NCBI GenBank assembly: GCA_041481715.1
Contig: JBGPCK010000004.1
Span: 1-52,971 of the forward strand
DNA length: 52,971 nt
DNA from: Thermoanaerobaculia bacterium
Lineage (GTDB): Bacteria > Acidobacteriota > Thermoanaerobaculia > UBA5066 > Gp7-AA6
Reading direction: 5' to 3'
Part shown: positions 49,190-52,971 of the stretch, in pieces
Numbering within the stretch: position 1 is the first letter of the stretch
Layout of the letters: every line of letters starts with the position of its first letter
Translations under genes and position numbers: made by a program
The notes under the pieces: model-generated
Database searches by the model: none
What the model was told of the DNA's origin: nothing
Seen by the model: the letters and a program-made list of their open reading frames with translations, nothing else

Positions 49190-50853
49190 GTGCGAGCCGC
49201 CTCGAGGAGCGCCCGCGCGTGCCGGAGGGCTGTCTCCGGCACCTTCTCCCCGGCCAGCATCCGGGCCACCTCGGCCACGCGCTCCCGCCCTTCGAGAAGC
49301 CGGACCGTCGCCACGGTGCGCCCCTTCTTCTCGCCCTTCTCCGCGAGGAAGTGCCGGTCGGCGAGCGCGGCGATTTGCGGCACGTGCGTCACGCACAGGA
49401 CCTGGTCCTGCCGCGCGAGCTCCCGCAGCTTCTTGCCGACCACCTCGGCTGTTCGTCCGCCGATTCCCGCGTCCACCTCGTCGAAAACAAACGTGCGGCC
49501 CTTCGACTTCCGGCCGGCGGCGACGGAGCGAATCGCGAGCTGCAGGCGCGAGAGCTCCCCGCCGGAGGCGATCCTCTCGAAGGGCTTCTCGGGCTCGCCC
49601 GGGTTCGGGGCGAAGAGGAACGAAGCGGTTTCCAGACCCGCGGGGAGCGGAGCTTCTTCGGGCCCCGGCGCAAGCTCGATCCGAAATCGGGCTTTCTCCA
49701 GGGCGAGCGATTGCAGTTGCCTCTCGACGGCGGATGAAAACCGACCGGCCGCCGCCCGGCGCTTGACCGAGAGACGCGCCGCGGCCTGGAGGTACGACGC
49801 CCTTGCCTTCTCGGCCTCCTTTTGGCGGCGTTCGAGCGCATCCTCGAGGTTCGAGAGCTCCGAACGTTCGACCTTCAGCCTCGCCAGCAACCCCAGAAGC
49901 TCGGCGGCCGGAACGCCGAACTTGCGCTTGAGACGCGAGATCTTCTCCAGGCGCGTCTCGATGGACGTCAACCGGTCCGGGTCGGCCTCGATCCCGGCCG
50001 TGGAGTCGCGCGCGGCGGCGGCGAGGTCGGCGATGCGGCCCTTGAGCTCCTCGGCTTCCTCCAGGTGTACCCTCTCCCGGGCGTCGATCGCGGCCAGTTC
50101 CGCGAAGGCACGCGCCGCCTCACCGAGGCGATCGGCCGCGGAGCCCTCTCCTTCCGAAAGCGCGGCCAGGGCCGTCTCTCCGGCCAAGCGAATCCGGTCG
50201 GCGTGGAGAAGCCGCTCCCGTTCGACGGCGAGGCCCTCTTCTTCCTGCTCGGATGGGGAGACCGACTCGATCTCGCGGATCTGAAAGTCGAGCGCGTCGA
50301 GTCGCGCCGCCCGGTCCCGCCGAGAGGCTTCCAGCGCTTCGAGGGCTTCGCGAGCCGCCTTCCAGGCGGCCGCGCCTGCCGCAGTTGCCTCACGTTCCTC
50401 TTCCGCGAGCGCGAAGGCATCGAGCAAGTCCAGAGGGGCCTGCCGATCCGTCAGCTCCAGCTCGGAGTTCTGACCATGGATTGCAACCAGGCATTCTCCC
50501 AGCCGCGCGAGGGTGCGTATCGTCGCCGGCTCGTCCTCGACGAACGCGCGGCCGCGCCCGTCGGAAGAGAGCTCGCGCCGCAGGAGTAGCGTCTGCGACT
50601 CAGGCAGGCCCGCCTCCGCGAGGATCGCCCGCGCGCCCGAGTCCGCGTCGAACTCCCCGCCAACGACGAGCTTGCCCGCGCCTTCCCGGATCAGGTCCGA
50701 GGAGCCTCGGCCGCCGGCGAGCAGCATCACCGCGTCCACCAGAATCGACTTTCCCGCGCCCGTCTCGCCGGTGATGACGGTGAGGCCTTGGTCGAGCTCC
50801 AGCTCCAGGTCCTCGACGATGGCAAGGTTCTTGACCGTCAACCGGCGCAGCAT
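49186..50853 (-). CDS. recN: DNA repair protein RecN
   Basis: TGETGAGKS, IHGQ, ASGGELSR, FDEVDAGIGG, VTHVPQIAA. Confidence 0.97.
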   Translation of the reverse strand: MLRRLTVKNLAIVEDLELELDQGLTVITGETGAGKSILVDAVMLLAGGRGSSDLIREGAGKLVVGGEFDADSGARAILAEAGLPESQTLLLRRELSSDGRGRAFVEDEPATIRTLARLGECLVAIHGQNSELELTDRQAPLDLLDAFALAEEEREATAAGAAAWKAAREALEALEASRRDRAARLDALDFQIREIESVSPSEQEEEGLAVERERLLHADRIRLAGETALAALSEGEGSAADRLGEAARAFAELAAIDARERVHLEEAEELKGRIADLAAAARDSTAGIEADPDRLTSIETRLEKISRLKRKFGVPAAELLGLLARLKVERSELSNLEDALERRQKEAEKARASYLQAAARLSVKRRAAAGRFSSAVERQLQSLALEKARFRIELAPGPEEAPLPAGLETASFLFAPNPGEPEKPFERIASGGELSRLQLAIRSVAAGRKSKGRTFVFDEVDAGIGGRTAEVVGKKLRELARQDQVLCVTHVPQIAALADRHFLAEKGEKKGRTVATVRLLEGRERVAEVARMLAGEKVPETALRHARALLEAART

Positions 50854-50872
50854 GCCGGTAGTGTAGCCGTGA

Positions 50873-50946
50873 GCTGTCAGCTCTCAGCTCTCAGCTTTCA
50901 GCTTTCCTCGGCACCCGTCCGGCTGACAGCTGATGGCTGATAGCTA
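50873..50946. repeat. Heptamer tandem repeats arranged as an inverted pair (hairpin)
   Basis: GCTGTCA-GCTCTCA-GCTCTCA-GCTTTCA-GCTTTCC, then GCTGACA-GCTGATG-GCTGATA-GC in the opposite orientation. Confidence 0.75.
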
Positions 50947-51726
50947 TGTCCGCGTCTTCTTCTGCCCGATGGGCTTGGCGGGAATCCCGGCGGCGATGAC
51001 GCCGGGGCCGATCGATTTCGAGGCCACCCCCATGGAGCCCACCATCGCGTCCGCCTCGATCACGACGCCCGAGAGCACGACCGCATGGTAGGTAACGCGG
51101 ACCCGGTCTCCGATCACCGTCTTCTGGAGCGACACGTCGTGGATGTCCTCCACGGCGTGCGAGTGGGAGTAGATGTTGGCGTAATCGGAGATCGAGGTGT
51201 CGTCGCCGATCACGACCTCGCCCCGGTCATCGATCAGGACGTTGCGATGAATCGTCACACCGTCGCCGACCGAAAGGTTGTATCCGAAAGACAGCTCGAC
51301 GTCGTGGAAGATTCGCACTCCCTTGCCACAGCGCTTGAAAACCCGAGCGGCGAGCATCGCGCGCATCTGGGTGCCGAGACGAACATTCCTTCCGACCGGT
51401 GAATGGTCGAACATCTGCCAGAACCAGAGCAGCGGCTTGACGCGCGCCCACTTCTGCAGATCGATCTCCCGGTAGTACTCGGCCTCGAGTGTCGCGTTGC
51501 GCGGGTCGAAGGAGGCGAGCAGGGCTTTTCGCGCGAGCGGCACGGCCGGATCGCCGAGCTCCCGCTCGAAGTCTGGAACCTCGCCGAGGTGAAGCATTGC
51601 CAGCGCCTCGCGGGCGACTCCATTGCGGTCGAGTTTCGGATCGTCGAACCGACGCGCCAGGTCCTCGACGAAGCGGGGATAGACTTCCTCGCCGGCCGCA
51701 CCGATCGCAAATTGACGTAGGGGCAT
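50944..51726 (-). CDS. Hexapeptide-repeat (LbH) acyltransferase
   Basis: LSVGDGVTIHRNVLID, VIGDDTSISDY, AAGIPAKPI. Confidence 0.88.
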   Translation of the reverse strand: MPLRQFAIGAAGEEVYPRFVEDLARRFDDPKLDRNGVAREALAMLHLGEVPDFERELGDPAVPLARKALLASFDPRNATLEAEYYREIDLQKWARVKPLLWFWQMFDHSPVGRNVRLGTQMRAMLAARVFKRCGKGVRIFHDVELSFGYNLSVGDGVTIHRNVLIDDRGEVVIGDDTSISDYANIYSHSHAVEDIHDVSLQKTVIGDRVRVTYHAVVLSGVVIEADAMVGSMGVASKSIGPGVIAAGIPAKPIGQKKTRT

Positions 51727-52971
51727 ATGGAAACGCGCACGCTAACAAAGCGACCCCACCCAGTCAAACGGACGTTGCCCGCGCTGTTGCTGGCGGCAAT
51801 CGCGGCGGCGCAGGACCCCGCGGAGCCGCCGGGCGGGAAGCCGCAGACGAAGTGGCTCGCGCCGCCGGCCGGCGCGATTTCTCGCTCCGCCGTCGACGAG
51901 ACGGCCATGCGCGAAACGGTCGCCGATCTCGTCGCCTGCGGCACGCGGCATTCCTTGTCCTCGTGGGACGATCCCCGGCGCGGCATCGGGTGCGGCCGCG
52001 ACCGGACCGTCGCGCGCTTTGAAGCGATCGCCCGGGAATCGGGCGGGCGACTCCAGGTTTCGATCGATCGATTCGAAGCGACCGGCCCGCGCACGAACGA
52101 CAAGCCGGCGCGTCTCGAGAACGTACTGGCCTGGCATCGCGGAAACGACCCGGAGCTCGCGAAAACCGTCTTTCTCGTCTCCGGCCACTTCGACTCGATG
52201 CCCTCCTCGGTCATGGACCCGGCGGCCGAGGCGCCGGGCGCCGACGACGACGCGTCGGGTGTGGCCGTCTCGATCGAATGCGCGCGGCTGCTGTCGAAGG
52301 GCTCGTACCGCGCGACCTTGCTCTTCGCCGCGGTTTCGGGCGAGGAACAGGGCCTCCTCGGCGCAAAGCACCTGCTCGAATCCCTGAAGGAGAAGGGGTA
52401 CACAATCGGCGGTTTTCTCGACAACGACATCGTCGGCGCCGACTTCGCGCCCGGCGGTCCCCACCGCGTTCGCGTGTTCTCAGGGGGCGGGCCCGATGGC
52501 GTCGATTCTCCCTCGCGCGACCTCGCCCGGGCCGTTGAGGAGATCGCGGGCCAGGACGCGGTGCGTCTCGTCTTCCGGCTCGACCGCCTGGGGCGCGGCG
52601 GCGACCATCGCCCCTTCGTCGAGGAGAATCTCCCCGCCGTCCGATTCACCGAGCCGCTGGAAGACTATGACCACGAGCACCAGACGCCCCGTCTCGAGGA
52701 AGGCCGTGAGTACGGAGACTGGTCGAAGTTCCTGAACTTCACCTTCCTTGGAAACGTCGCGCGCGCCAACGCCGAGGTTCTGCGTCAGCTTGCCCTGGCA
52801 CCCGCCGCGCCGAAGGAAGTGACCATCTCCGGCGGCGTGACCCCCGACGCGAAGATCTCGTGGGCGGCGGCGGAGGACGAGAAGCGCGCCGGCTTCGAAA
52901 TCCTCTGGCGGGAAACGACCGATCCGCGCTGGTCGGCGTACGACATGGTGCCTTCGTCCGGCGACACCGTC
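51727..52971 (+). CDS. M28-family secreted metallopeptidase (3'-truncated by window edge)
   Basis: Not in the ORF track because it runs off the edge. Read manually: signal-like LPALLLAAIAAAQ, SGHFDS, PGADDDASG, GEEQGLLG, DNDIVG, GGDH. Alternative start TTG 51775. Confidence 0.9.
   Translation, partial: METRTLTKRPHPVKRTLPALLLAAIAAAQDPAEPPGGKPQTKWLAPPAGAISRSAVDETAMRETVADLVACGTRHSLSSWDDPRRGIGCGRDRTVARFEAIARESGGRLQVSIDRFEATGPRTNDKPARLENVLAWHRGNDPELAKTVFLVSGHFDSMPSSVMDPAAEAPGADDDASGVAVSIECARLLSKGSYRATLLFAAVSGEEQGLLGAKHLLESLKEKGYTIGGFLDNDIVGADFAPGGPHRVRVFSGGGPDGVDSPSRDLARAVEEIAGQDAVRLVFRLDRLGRGGDHRPFVEENLPAVRFTEPLEDYDHEHQTPRLEEGREYGDWSKFLNFTFLGNVARANAEVLRQLALAPAAPKEVTISGGVTPDAKISWAAAEDEKRAGFEILWRETTDPRWSAYDMVPSSGDTV

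Overview
GC-rich bacterial window, most likely Acidobacteriota. This is inferred from an acidobacterial-type VWFA protein and a TPR-lipoprotein/TonB/ExbB/ExbD/ExbD cluster. The left ~22.6 kb is a type VI secretion system (T6SS) locus cut at the left edge: tssG(partial)-tssF-tssE-tssC-tssB-tssA, a divergent tagJ/impE, three tandem divergent hcp paralogs, an unknown 253-aa gene, and a minus-strand block of kinase-like gene, fha, tssJ, tssK, tssL, tssM, tagF and a small ORF. clpV, vgrG and PAAR are not in the window. The accessory parts are atypical: a soluble, Cys-rich, motif-degenerate Ser/Thr kinase-like protein; an FHA protein with an internal Clp N-terminal (double Clp-repeat) domain; a 67-aa histone-fold-like protein closing the membrane-complex operon; and an Hcp with an acidic N-terminal extension. 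The remaining ~30 kb is core genome: tlpA-like, OM barrel, tsaE, nnr, VWFA, TonB system, hppA, hemW, ribE, ribD, ftsY, HD-GYP, aroB, aspS, hisS, gamma-CA, tsaC, ThiF/MoeB, recN, an LbH acyltransferase and a partial M28 peptidase. It also holds a radical-SAM-like/PolX-HhH-like protein lacking the Cys triad, a ~285-bp MITE-like element and a heptamer-repeat hairpin. No rRNA, tRNA, CRISPR or transposase was seen. All family calls come from motif recognition by eye, not database searches.
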